Shown one piece after another: positions 7,191 through 15,387 of a stretch of DNA of 64,000 nucleotides. The notes below the pieces were generated by a model. That model was not told the origin of the DNA, did no database searches, and was given only the letters and a program-made list of their open reading frames with translations. The translations under genes and the position numbers were made by a program. The stretch comes from Elusimicrobiota bacterium (GTDB lineage: Bacteria > Elusimicrobiota > Elusimicrobia > Elusimicrobiales > UBA9959): the NCBI GenBank assembly GCA_003450815.1, contig DMES01000002.1, positions 5,591-69,590 of the forward strand. The letters are read 5' to 3'. Numbering within the stretch: position 1 is the first letter of the stretch; the number at the start of each line of letters is the position of its first letter.

Positions 7191-8273
7191 ATGACTAAAA
7201 CCATGCTTGTTACAGGCGGTGCGGGGTTTATCGGCTCAAACTTTATTCGTTTTGTTTTTGAAAAAACCGGGTTTAAAGGGCGGATAGTAAATTTTGACAA
7301 ACTTACTTACGCCGGCCTGCGCGGGAATCTAAGCGATATAGAACGCCGCTTCGGCCCCAAACGGTATGTTTTTATAAAGGGAGACATTTGCAACTTTAAA
7401 AAAGTTAATGCGGTGATTAGAAAATACGATGTTTCAGTAATAGTCAATTTCGCGGCAGAGACCCATGTCGACCGCTCTATACACGGCCCGAGAGAGTTTA
7501 TAGAAACCAATATAACCGGCGCCTTTAACCTGCTTGAGTGCGCCCGGGCCAACTGGAAAAACAGGAAAGACGTCCGGTTCCACCACATCAGCACCGACGA
7601 GGTGTTTGGTTCGCTCGGGAAGACCGGCCGCTTCATGGAAACCACGCCTTACGATCCCAGAAGCCCGTATTCGGCCGCGAAAGCTTCATCCGATCACCTT
7701 GCGCGGGCTTATTTCCACACTTACGGCCTGCCGGTCACTATTTCCAACTGCTCTAATAATTACGGGCCTTACCAGCATCCGGAAAAACTCATCCCGCTGG
7801 CGCTTCTTAAAGCTGTTGACGGCGAGCCCATACCGGTTTATGGCGACGGTGGAAATACGCGCGACTGGCTGTTTGTGGAGGACCACTGCCGGGCCATCTG
7901 GGTTATTCTCAGGCGCGGCAGACCCGGAGAAACATATAATGTGGGCGGCAACTGTGAAAAAAGAAATCTTGAAACCTTGAGGGCGTTATTCCGGGCCCTT
8001 GAAAAACTTAAGCCCTCCGTTAAAAATCAGATGCTTAAAGGGTGCCGCTACGAAGAGCTGATAACTTTTGTGAAAGACCGCGCCGGGCATGATCGACGCT
8101 ATGCAATAGATTCCGGGAAAATCAAGAGAGAATTGGGCTGGAAACCTCGCTTCGGCTTTAGCGAAGGTCTTGAAGCGACTGTCGCCTGGTATCTGGCGCA
8201 TGGCAGCCGGCTGAAAAAAACCGTGGCCGCGTCCTATCGTGCCTGGCTGAAAAAGAACTATATTTTGCGCTGA
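7191..8273 (+). CDS. rfbB: dTDP-glucose 4,6-dehydratase
   Basis: GGAGFIGSNF Rossmann motif, STDEVFG, YSAAKASSDHL (YxxxK) and GETYNVGG. Confidence 0.9.
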   Translation: MTKTMLVTGGAGFIGSNFIRFVFEKTGFKGRIVNFDKLTYAGLRGNLSDIERRFGPKRYVFIKGDICNFKKVNAVIRKYDVSVIVNFAAETHVDRSIHGPREFIETNITGAFNLLECARANWKNRKDVRFHHISTDEVFGSLGKTGRFMETTPYDPRSPYSAAKASSDHLARAYFHTYGLPVTISNCSNNYGPYQHPEKLIPLALLKAVDGEPIPVYGDGGNTRDWLFVEDHCRAIWVILRRGRPGETYNVGGNCEKRNLETLRALFRALEKLKPSVKNQMLKGCRYEELITFVKDRAGHDRRYAIDSGKIKRELGWKPRFGFSEGLEATVAWYLAHGSRLKKTVAASYRAWLKKNYILR

Positions 8274-8313
8274 AAAAGTGTCTCCCCCTTAATTTGCTGA
8301 AATTTGATAATTT

Positions 8314-9810
8314 ATGACCAATAATATTTTCGGCGTAATACTGGCCGGCGGCGCGGGAACCCGCCTTTGGCCGCTTAGCCGAAAGCTTCTGCCAAAACAA
8401 TTTTTGCGCCTTGGAAAAGAAGACTCCCTTTTTGAGAAAACAGTATCAAGAATAACCCCTTTGACCGGTATAAATAATATAGTAGTGGTAACAAATAAAC
8501 TGCACGCCTTCGGCTCGGGCTACCATCAGCTGAAAAAACTGCGAATGCTGATAGAGCCGGAAGCCAGGAACACAGCTCCCGCCATAGGTCTCGCCTGCCT
8601 GTATCTGCTTAAAATATGCGGCAATGACCCAGTTGCCGTGGTGCTTCCCTCAGACCATATGATAGCCGACCGAAAGGCTTTTCTTAAAGTTTTGTCTGTG
8701 GCGGTCAAAGAAGCAGAAAAGGGGAAAATCGTTACGCTCGGCATAACGCCCGATTCCCCTGAAACCGGTTATGGATACATTAAGAGGGGGAAACCGATAA
8801 CAGTCACAAGTCACAAGTCACAAGTCACAAGTCACAAGCCAGAAGTCACAGGTCACAGGTCACAGGTTGTAAACGGGGATTTCTGCGGAGAGGTTTTTAG
8901 TGTTGATAAATTCGTGGAAAAGCCGGATTTTGAGACGGCCCGTAAATATCTGGAAAACGGCGGTTATTACTGGAACGCGGGGATGTTTGTCTTTAAGGCT
9001 TCGGTTATGCTTGAGGAATTTAAAAAATATCTGCCCGCGGCTTATAACCTGCTTGAAAAAATAAATAAAGAGGCTTTTGAAGGTGAAAAAGTAAATTATG
9101 ACGGCCTTGCCACCTTGTTCTCAAAAATGCCGGCCATTTCCATAGACTACGCGGTAATGGAGAAGTCCGATCGGGTTTGCGTTATCCCTTCAAAATTCGG
9201 CTGGAGCGATGTTGGCAGCTGGCATTATTTCTATAGCGCGCTTCCCAAGGACGGGAACGGTAATGTTAAATTAGGAGACGTCCTGGCCCTTGACGCGCGG
9301 GACAACCTGCTCTATTCCGGCAGCAGGCTTGTAACGGCCATAGGTGTTAAGAACCTGGCCATTATAGAAACCAGCGATGCTATTCTGGTTTCGGAGATCA
9401 ACCACTCGCAGAAAGTTAAAAAGATCGTAGATGAGCTAAAAAAACAGAACAGGCGCGAGCTGGACGAGCATATAACCGTGGAGCGCCCCTGGGGTTCTTA
9501 CACGGTGCTTGACGACTTGCCCAACTACAAAGTTAAAAAACTTAAAATTTATCCGGGTCACAAAATAAGCTATCAATACCACAACCGTCGTTCAGAGCAT
9601 TGGTTTGTTGTCAAGGGTTCGGCTGAGGTTACCTTGGACGGGAAAAAGATGAAAATACGGAAAAACCGTCATGTGGACATACCGCTTAAAGCCAGACATA
9701 TGCTCTTTAATCCGGGCCCGGCGGACCTGGAGATAATAGAGGTCCAGTCGGGCGCTTATTTCGGCGAAGACGATATTATCCGTTTAAACGATTTCTACGG
9801 CAGGAAGTAG
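8314..9810 (+). CDS. manC: Mannose-1-phosphate guanylyltransferase / mannose-6-phosphate isomerase (bifunctional type), carrying a repeat-encoded insertion
   Basis: ILAGGAGTRLWPLSR, ETGYGYI, EKPD...YWNAGMFVF and a C-terminal cupin (WGSYTVL..., HRRSEHWFVV). Confidence 0.85.
   Translation: MTNNIFGVILAGGAGTRLWPLSRKLLPKQFLRLGKEDSLFEKTVSRITPLTGINNIVVVTNKLHAFGSGYHQLKKLRMLIEPEARNTAPAIGLACLYLLKICGNDPVAVVLPSDHMIADRKAFLKVLSVAVKEAEKGKIVTLGITPDSPETGYGYIKRGKPITVTSHKSQVTSHKPEVTGHRSQVVNGDFCGEVFSVDKFVEKPDFETARKYLENGGYYWNAGMFVFKASVMLEEFKKYLPAAYNLLEKINKEAFEGEKVNYDGLATLFSKMPAISIDYAVMEKSDRVCVIPSKFGWSDVGSWHYFYSALPKDGNGNVKLGDVLALDARDNLLYSGSRLVTAIGVKNLAIIETSDAILVSEINHSQKVKKIVDELKKQNRRELDEHITVERPWGSYTVLDDLPNYKVKKLKIYPGHKISYQYHNRRSEHWFVVKGSAEVTLDGKKMKIRKNRHVDIPLKARHMLFNPGPADLEIIEVQSGAYFGEDDIIRLNDFYGRK
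8803..8872 (+). repeat. Heptanucleotide tandem repeat inside manC
   Basis: GTCACAA x5 perfect (8803-8837), then gccagaa, GTCACAG x3 and gttgtaa. It encodes ...VTSHKSQVTSHKPEVTGHRSQVV... Confidence 0.9.
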
Positions 9811-9931
9811 AGAAAGATGCGTCGAGGCAAGGATGTAAAGACGCAAGGAGGGGTGAAAGAAAATATTCTCAAGACTGCTTTGCATTTTAAGTCTAAGTTG
9901 CTTTGCGTCTAAATTGCTATGCATCTAAAGG
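9811..9931. repeat. Two-armed 8-nt-unit repeat element (GCATAGCA/ATTTAGAG family) between manC and gmd
   Basis: The forward arm 9819-9858 reads gcgtcgag gcaaggat gtaaagac gcaaggag. The reverse arm 9875-9930 reads ctgctttg cattttaa gtctaagt tgctttgc gtctaaat tgctatgc atctaaag. Confidence 0.75.
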
Positions 9932-9938
9932 TGAATGT

Positions 9939-11075
9939 ATGAAAAAGGCATTAATAACCGGCATAACCGGACAGGACGGGGCGTATCTGGCGGAACTACT
10001 TCTTAAAAAAGGCTATGAAGTGCATGGTGTCAGACGCCGTTCGTCCTCCTTTAATACGGCCAGGATAGACCATCTTTACAGCGACCCGCACAATAAAGGT
10101 GTGCGCCTTAAACTGTATTATGGAGATCTTACTGATTGTCCGGCTTTGGTTCATATCATGCAGAGAGTACGTCCCGATGAGGTTTATAATCTTGGCGCTC
10201 AGAGCCATGTGGCGGTAAGTTTTGAACAGCCGGAATATACCGGCAATGCCGACGCTCTTGGAACATTGCGCCTGCTGGAAACCATAAGGATACTGGGACT
10301 TGAAAAACATACAAAGTTCTATCAAGCTTCCACTTCTGAGCTGTTTGGGCAGGTACGCGAGACCCCTCAGAGCGAAAAAACGCCTTTTTATCCGCGCTCA
10401 CCTTACGGTGTGGCCAAGCTTTACGCCTACTGGATTACCGTCAATTACCGTGAATCCTATAATATGTTCGCTGCCAACGGTATACTCTTTAACCATGAGT
10501 CGCCACTCAGGGGCGCTACTTTTGTCACTCGCAAAATAACCATGGCGCTGCCGCGGATCCTTCTGGGCCGGCAAAACTGCCTGTATCTAGGCAACCTTGA
10601 TGCCAAGAGGGACTGGGGGCACGCAAGGGATTATGTTGAGGGTATGTGGCGTATGCTTCAGCAGAAGCGGCCTGGTGATTTCGTTCTTGCCACCGGAGAG
10701 CAGCATTCCGTAAGGGAGTTTGTGGATATAGCCGCCCGCAAAATGGGCATGGTTTTGGAATGGAAGGGCAGTGGGCCCGCTGAGCTTGGTATACTTAAAG
10801 CCTTTAAAAAACCATCGGAAGTTGAGTTGTGCCGTGGGGACATAAAAGCCAGGCTTGGAGATGTTTTGGTGCGGGTTGACCCGAAATATTATCGCCCCGC
10901 AGAAGTGGAAACGTTACTCGGAAATCCGGCTAAGGCTAAGAAAATACTTGGGTGGAAGCCAAAAACTTCCTTTGAAGACTTGGTTACTGAAATGGCCATG
11001 TCCGATCTGCGGGGTGCGCTTCGTGAATTGCATTTGGAAAAAGGCGGTTTTAAAGTGAAGAGCCGGGCAGAATAA
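9939..11075 (+). CDS. gmd: GDP-mannose 4,6-dehydratase (long form)
   Basis: [38 protein letters not shown] and [13 protein letters not shown] 9939 (MKKALITG) is used because the track start 9903 lies in the repeat. Confidence 0.9.
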   Translation: MKKALITGITGQDGAYLAELLLKKGYEVHGVRRRSSSFNTARIDHLYSDPHNKGVRLKLYYGDLTDCPALVHIMQRVRPDEVYNLGAQSHVAVSFEQPEYTGNADALGTLRLLETIRILGLEKHTKFYQASTSELFGQVRETPQSEKTPFYPRSPYGVAKLYAYWITVNYRESYNMFAANGILFNHESPLRGATFVTRKITMALPRILLGRQNCLYLGNLDAKRDWGHARDYVEGMWRMLQQKRPGDFVLATGEQHSVREFVDIAARKMGMVLEWKGSGPAELGILKAFKKPSEVELCRGDIKARLGDVLVRVDPKYYRPAEVETLLGNPAKAKKILGWKPKTSFEDLVTEMAMSDLRGALRELHLEKGGFKVKSRAE

Positions 11076-11099
11076 TAGGCCGATTTAATATAGTGCAAC

Positions 11100-12053
11100 A
11101 TGAACAAAGCTTTAATAATAGGAGTAAGCGGCCAGGATGGGGCGTATCTGTCAAAATCACTCTTAGCAAAAGGCTATAGGGTCTTTGGTTCCTCAAGAGA
11201 GATTAATAACAATAATTTCACCAATCTAAAAACCCTTGATGTTTTTGACAAGGTTTCCGTGCTGCCGCTTAATCCCAGCAGGTTTTCCGAGGTTTTCGCG
11301 ATTGTTAAAAATGTCGTACCGGATGAAATTTATAATCTGGCCGGGCAAAGTTCGGTCAGCCAGTCTTTTTTGCGGCCGCTTGAGACCATAGAAAGCATAG
11401 CCTCTTCCACCGTCAATCTGCTAGAGGCGGTTCGCATTTCGGGGGCTCAGATCCGCTTTTACTCCAGCGTTTCCAGCGACTGTTTCGGAGGCACTGACTT
11501 TCACGCCGACGAAAGCACCTCTTTTAATCCCAAAAGCCCTTATGCAATAGCTAAAGCAATGGCTTTCTGGGCAACCAAAAATTACAGGCTGGCGTATGGT
11601 ATTTTTGCCTGTTCAGGCATACTTTTTAATCATGAGTCTCCCCTCCGGAACGAAAATTTTGTGACAGGTAAAATAATCAATACCGCACTAAGAATAAAAA
11701 ATGGCTCAAAGGAAAGGCTTAAGCTGGGCGATATTTCAGTCATAAGAGATTGGGGCTGGGCTGAAGAATTTGTGGAAAGCATGTGGCTGGTGCTTCAGCA
11801 GAAAAAACCTGATGATTTCGTGATTGCGACAGGTGAAAGTAATAGCCTTGAGGCACTGGTGCGCGAAGCTTTTCTCGCTTTCGGCCTTAATTGGAAAGAC
11901 CATGTGGATTTTGACGCTTCTTTTTTACGGCCGTTGGACATAAAGGCAGAATACGCGAACCCAGCCAAGGCTTCTGAAATACTCGGCTGGAAGGCGAAGT
12001 TTAAAATGCGAGATGTGGTGCATGCGTGGGGCAAGGCGTTGGGAAATATATAA
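11100..12053 (+). CDS. Second GDP-mannose 4,6-dehydratase-family protein (short form, variant active-site triad)
   Basis: [40 protein letters not shown] and SPYAIAKAMAFW (YxxxK kept). However, it has SSVSSDCFG where gmd has ASTSELFG. Confidence 0.6.
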   Translation: MNKALIIGVSGQDGAYLSKSLLAKGYRVFGSSREINNNNFTNLKTLDVFDKVSVLPLNPSRFSEVFAIVKNVVPDEIYNLAGQSSVSQSFLRPLETIESIASSTVNLLEAVRISGAQIRFYSSVSSDCFGGTDFHADESTSFNPKSPYAIAKAMAFWATKNYRLAYGIFACSGILFNHESPLRNENFVTGKIINTALRIKNGSKERLKLGDISVIRDWGWAEEFVESMWLVLQQKKPDDFVIATGESNSLEALVREAFLAFGLNWKDHVDFDASFLRPLDIKAEYANPAKASEILGWKAKFKMRDVVHAWGKALGNI

Positions 12054-12068
12054 TTGCGGAGGCTCCTT

Positions 12069-12851
12069 ATGAAAGTCGTAATTCTGGCGGGCGGTTTGGG
12101 TACCAGGCTTTCGGAAGAAACGGACCTGAAACCCAAACCTATGGTTGAAATAGGCCAGCACCCGATACTTTGGCACATAATGAAACTGTATTCCAGTTAC
12201 GGCTTCAACGATTTTGTGCTTTGTCTTGGCTACAAAGGGTATCTGCTGAAAGAATATTTCGCCAACTACTTCCTGCACCAGGCCGATGTTACCATAGATT
12301 TGAGAAATAATAAGTTGAAAGTGCATCACAGGAAGGCAGAGCCATGGAAAGTGACCCTTGTGGATACCGGCCTTAACACTATGACCGGAGGGCGCATAAA
12401 AAGGATAGCAAAGTACGTAGGCAACGAAACCTTCATGCTAACTTATGGCGATGGTGTGGCCGATGTAAACATGAAAAAGCTGGTGGAATTTCACAAAAAG
12501 CACAAAAGGAAGGCCACTATAACCGCAGTGCAGCCGATCGGCAGGTTTGGCGCCATTGACATAGGCCAGGCGGGAGAGGCCGTGTCTTTCCAGGAAAAAC
12601 CGCTGGGCGACGGCGCCTGGATAAACGGCGGTTTTTTTGTGCTTGAGCCGGAAGTGTTCAAATATATACGCGACGACGCTTCAATCTGGGAGCGTCAGCC
12701 GCTTGAAACCCTGACCAGAGAAAAACAGCTTTCTGTCTACAGGCATAAAGGCTTTTGGAAATGCATGGATACGCTTCGAGATAAGCAGGAGTTGGAAAAT
12801 TTTTGGCGCTCCGGAAATGCCCCATGGAAAGTCTGGAAGGAAGGGCAATGA
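12069..12851 (+). CDS. rfbF: Glucose-1-phosphate cytidylyltransferase
   Basis: MKVVILAGGLGTRLSEETDLKPKPMVEIG..ILWHIMK. GGAGG RBS before ATG 12069. Confidence 0.85.
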   Translation: MKVVILAGGLGTRLSEETDLKPKPMVEIGQHPILWHIMKLYSSYGFNDFVLCLGYKGYLLKEYFANYFLHQADVTIDLRNNKLKVHHRKAEPWKVTLVDTGLNTMTGGRIKRIAKYVGNETFMLTYGDGVADVNMKKLVEFHKKHKRKATITAVQPIGRFGAIDIGQAGEAVSFQEKPLGDGAWINGGFFVLEPEVFKYIRDDASIWERQPLETLTREKQLSVYRHKGFWKCMDTLRDKQELENFWRSGNAPWKVWKEGQ

Positions 12852-13954
12852 AAGACAGGTTTTGGGCCGGGAAAAAGGTGTTCCTTACGGGCAATACAGG
12901 CTTTAAGGGAAGCTGGTTGTCGCTGTGGCTAAATAGTATGGGCGCCAAAGTTTATGGCTATGCCCTGAAGCCGCCTACCAGGCCCAGCCTTTTTGATCTT
13001 TGTTCCATCGGCAAAATAACAAACACAACCATCGCCGATATCCGCGACGCTGGCCGCCTTAAAAAGGCGCTTAAAACGGCCTTGCCCGATATAGTTATCC
13101 ATATGGCGGCTCAGCCGCTGGTACGAGAATCTTACCGTGCGCCGGCGGAAACCTACGATACCAACGTGATGGGGACTGTGAACCTGTTGGAGGCTGTGCG
13201 CGCCTGCGGCAGAGTGAGAGCGGTGGTAAATGTCACCACCGACAAGTGCTATGAGAACAAGGAACGTCCGATTGCCTATCGCGAAGGCGAGCCCCTTGGT
13301 GGTTATGACCCGTATTCCTCCAGCAAGGCCTGCTCCGAGCTGGTCACTTCCGCCTACCGCAACTCATTTTTCAACCCCATGTGCTATTCTCTTAACTCTA
13401 AACTCTTAACTCCCAACTCACAACTTTCGTCTCACCATGTGGCTTTAGCTTCGGCCCGCGCGGGCAATGTGATAGGAGGGGGAGACTGGGCGGACGACAG
13501 GCTTATACCGGATATAATACGGGCTGCTTTGAGCGGCAAAAAAGTCCTGATAAGGAACCCCCGCGCAATAAGGCCATGGCAGCATGTGCTTGAGCCTTTG
13601 AGCGGATACCTGCTTCTGGCGCAGAAACTTTACCGGAAGGGCCCCGCCTATGCCCAGGCCTGGAATTTCGGCCCGGTGGAGTCAGACGCTAAAGATGTGG
13701 AATGGATAGTAAAACGCATGTTCCAAAAGTGGAGTGTCGCTCCCGGCTATGTTTTGGACTCATCCCGCCATCCGCATGAGGCCCATTACCTTAAACTGGA
13801 TTCTTCAAAGGCGCGGCGCGCGCTGCTCTGGCGTCCGCGCTGGAATATCGGCCAGGCGATAGACCGGGTTATTGATTGGACAGAAGCCTATACGCGCAAA
13901 GAAGACATGCGAGGGGTCTGTTTAAGGCAGATAGAAGGATATGAAGAGGCATAG
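12848..13954 (+). CDS. rfbG: CDP-glucose 4,6-dehydratase, carrying a repeat-encoded insertion
   Basis: KKVFLTGNTGFKGSWLSLWL, YDPYSSSKACSELV and RAGNVIGGGDW. ATG 12848 overlaps the rfbF stop (ATGA). Confidence 0.85.
   Translation: MKDRFWAGKKVFLTGNTGFKGSWLSLWLNSMGAKVYGYALKPPTRPSLFDLCSIGKITNTTIADIRDAGRLKKALKTALPDIVIHMAAQPLVRESYRAPAETYDTNVMGTVNLLEAVRACGRVRAVVNVTTDKCYENKERPIAYREGEPLGGYDPYSSSKACSELVTSAYRNSFFNPMCYSLNSKLLTPNSQLSSHHVALASARAGNVIGGGDWADDRLIPDIIRAALSGKKVLIRNPRAIRPWQHVLEPLSGYLLLAQKLYRKGPAYAQAWNFGPVESDAKDVEWIVKRMFQKWSVAPGYVLDSSRHPHEAHYLKLDSSKARRALLWRPRWNIGQAIDRVIDWTEAYTRKEDMRGVCLRQIEGYEEA
13389..13437 (+). repeat. Heptamer-periodic tract inside rfbG
   Basis: ctcttaa ctctaaa ctcttaa ctcccaa ctcacaa ctttcgt ctcacca encodes ...SLNSKLLTPNSQLSSHH... 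Confidence 0.7.
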
Positions 13955-14031
13955 CAGTTTAGATGTAAAGCAATTTAGCGGCAGGGTCATTTAGAGGCAC
14001 AGCAGTTTGGAGGCACGAAGGCGTAGAAGAC
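13944..14031. repeat. 8-nt-unit repeat array (GCATAGCA/ATTTAGAG family) overlapping the rfbG stop
   Basis: From 13949 there are 10 consecutive units: gcatagca gtttagat gtaaagca atttagcg gcagggtc atttagag gcacagca gtttggag gcacgaag gcgtagaa. 13944-13970 is the inverted partner of 14459-14485. Confidence 0.8.
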
Positions 14032-14091
14032 ATATCTTTTAGCGGTTAAATTTCTGGACTACCGAATTGTTAAGTGTTGAGCGGAGGGGGT

Positions 14092-14451
14092 ATGGCTGGA
14101 TTATATAAAGGTCTTAAAGTTTGGGAGAACAGTGTAAACCTCATAAAAAATATATATTCGGTAGCGGAAAAGCTGCCTAAAAGCGAGGAATATAACCTCA
14201 AGCAGCAATTAAAAAGGGCGGTAGTTTCGGTAGCGTTAAACATAGCAGAAGGAAAAGGGCGAAAATCAGCGAAAGAATTTTCCAATTTTCTAAATATATC
14301 GTTCGGATCTTTATGTGAAGTGGAAGCTATATTAACTTTGTGCCAAGAATTGAACTATCTTTCCAATCTGGAAGATACTTTCTCGCGCATAGAAGTGTTA
14401 TTAAAAATGCTCTCTTCTTTAAAAAATAGTTTGGCTGAGAAACAGTCTTAA
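14092..14451 (+). CDS. Four-helix-bundle protein (family formerly called 23S rRNA intervening-sequence protein)
   Basis: LKVWENSVNL...LPKSEEYNLKQQLKRAVVSVALNIAEGKGRKSAKEFSNFLNISFGSLCEVE is the characteristic pattern. GGAGGGGG RBS before ATG 14092. Confidence 0.75.
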   Translation: MAGLYKGLKVWENSVNLIKNIYSVAEKLPKSEEYNLKQQLKRAVVSVALNIAEGKGRKSAKEFSNFLNISFGSLCEVEAILTLCQELNYLSNLEDTFSRIEVLLKMLSSLKNSLAEKQS

Positions 14452-14456
14452 ATGTT

Positions 14457-14495
14457 GTCTTTACATCTAAATTGCTTTGCCTCTTTGCATCTATC
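14457..14495. repeat. Reverse-orientation 8-nt-unit repeat (same family)
   Basis: The sequence is gtctttacatctaaattgctttgcctctttgcatctatc. 14459-14485 is the reverse complement of 13944-13970 with 25/27 identity. Confidence 0.8.
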
Positions 14496-14501
14496 ACTAT
14501 C

Positions 14502-15245
14502 ATGGAAATAATCTTCTTAGGCACCAATGGCTGGTACGACACTTCCACCGGCAATACCGTCTGCGCCCTTGTAAAGACAAAGCGCTTTGATATTGTGTTG
14601 GACGCGGGTAACGGTCTGACCAAACTTGACCGCTATTGCGACGGTTCCAAACCGGTCTATCTTTTCCTCAGCCATTTCCACCTGGACCACATAATAGGTC
14701 TGCACGCCCTGTTGAAATTCAGGTTTCGCAAAGGGCTCACTATATTCGCGCAAAAGGGCGCGCGACGCGTATTGAAAACATTCGTAAACGCCCCTTTTAC
14801 CATGCCTCTGGATAAACTGCCTTATTCCGTAAAAATAGTTGAACTTCCCGACGAAGCCCCAAAGTTGCCTTTTAAGGCTGAAAGTCTGCCGCTTGAGCAT
14901 TCCGACCCGGTGCTTGGCTTGCGTCTGCGACTTGACGGTAAAACCATTGTCTATTGCACCGATACAGGCCATTGTGCAAACGCTCTTAAGCTGGCGAAAA
15001 GGGCGGATCTGCTTATCTCCGAATGCTCCCATCTTTCGGGCGAGGAGAACCCCGGTTGGCCTCATTTTAATCCAGAAACGGCCGCCAGACTGGCGCTTGT
15101 GGCGGGGGTAAAGAATCTCGTGCTTACTCATTTCGCTGCGGACAGATATTCTACCATGCGCCGCAGGACCGCGGCGTTGCGCGTGGCTCGTAGGATATTT
15201 CCCGGCTCCGCCGCCGCAAAAGACGGAATGCGGATGAGACTGTAG
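14502..15245 (+). CDS. MBL-fold metallo-hydrolase (RNase Z / ElaC-like short form)
   Basis: HxHxDH motif (LSHFHLDHIIGL), later D/H ligands (CTDTGH, LTHF) and N-terminal IIFLGTNG. Confidence 0.7.
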   Translation: MEIIFLGTNGWYDTSTGNTVCALVKTKRFDIVLDAGNGLTKLDRYCDGSKPVYLFLSHFHLDHIIGLHALLKFRFRKGLTIFAQKGARRVLKTFVNAPFTMPLDKLPYSVKIVELPDEAPKLPFKAESLPLEHSDPVLGLRLRLDGKTIVYCTDTGHCANALKLAKRADLLISECSHLSGEENPGWPHFNPETAARLALVAGVKNLVLTHFAADRYSTMRRRTAALRVARRIFPGSAAAKDGMRMRL

Positions 15246-15265
15246 GAATCCGTTACTATGCAGGT

Positions 15266-15368
15266 AGACAGAATGCAGAAGTCAGAATACAGAATAGCCG
15301 CTCTCAATAAGCTTCCGATAGCTTTTGCCGCTTTCTGGCTTCTGAATTCTGACTCCTGACTTCCTGAA
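15266..15368. repeat. Two-armed heptamer repeat element
   Basis: The left arm reads cagaatg cagaagt cagaata cagaata. The right arm reads ttctggc ttctgaa ttctgac tcctgac, so the arms are complementary. Confidence 0.75.
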
Positions 15369-15387
15369 TAACCATACAAGGACCCCA

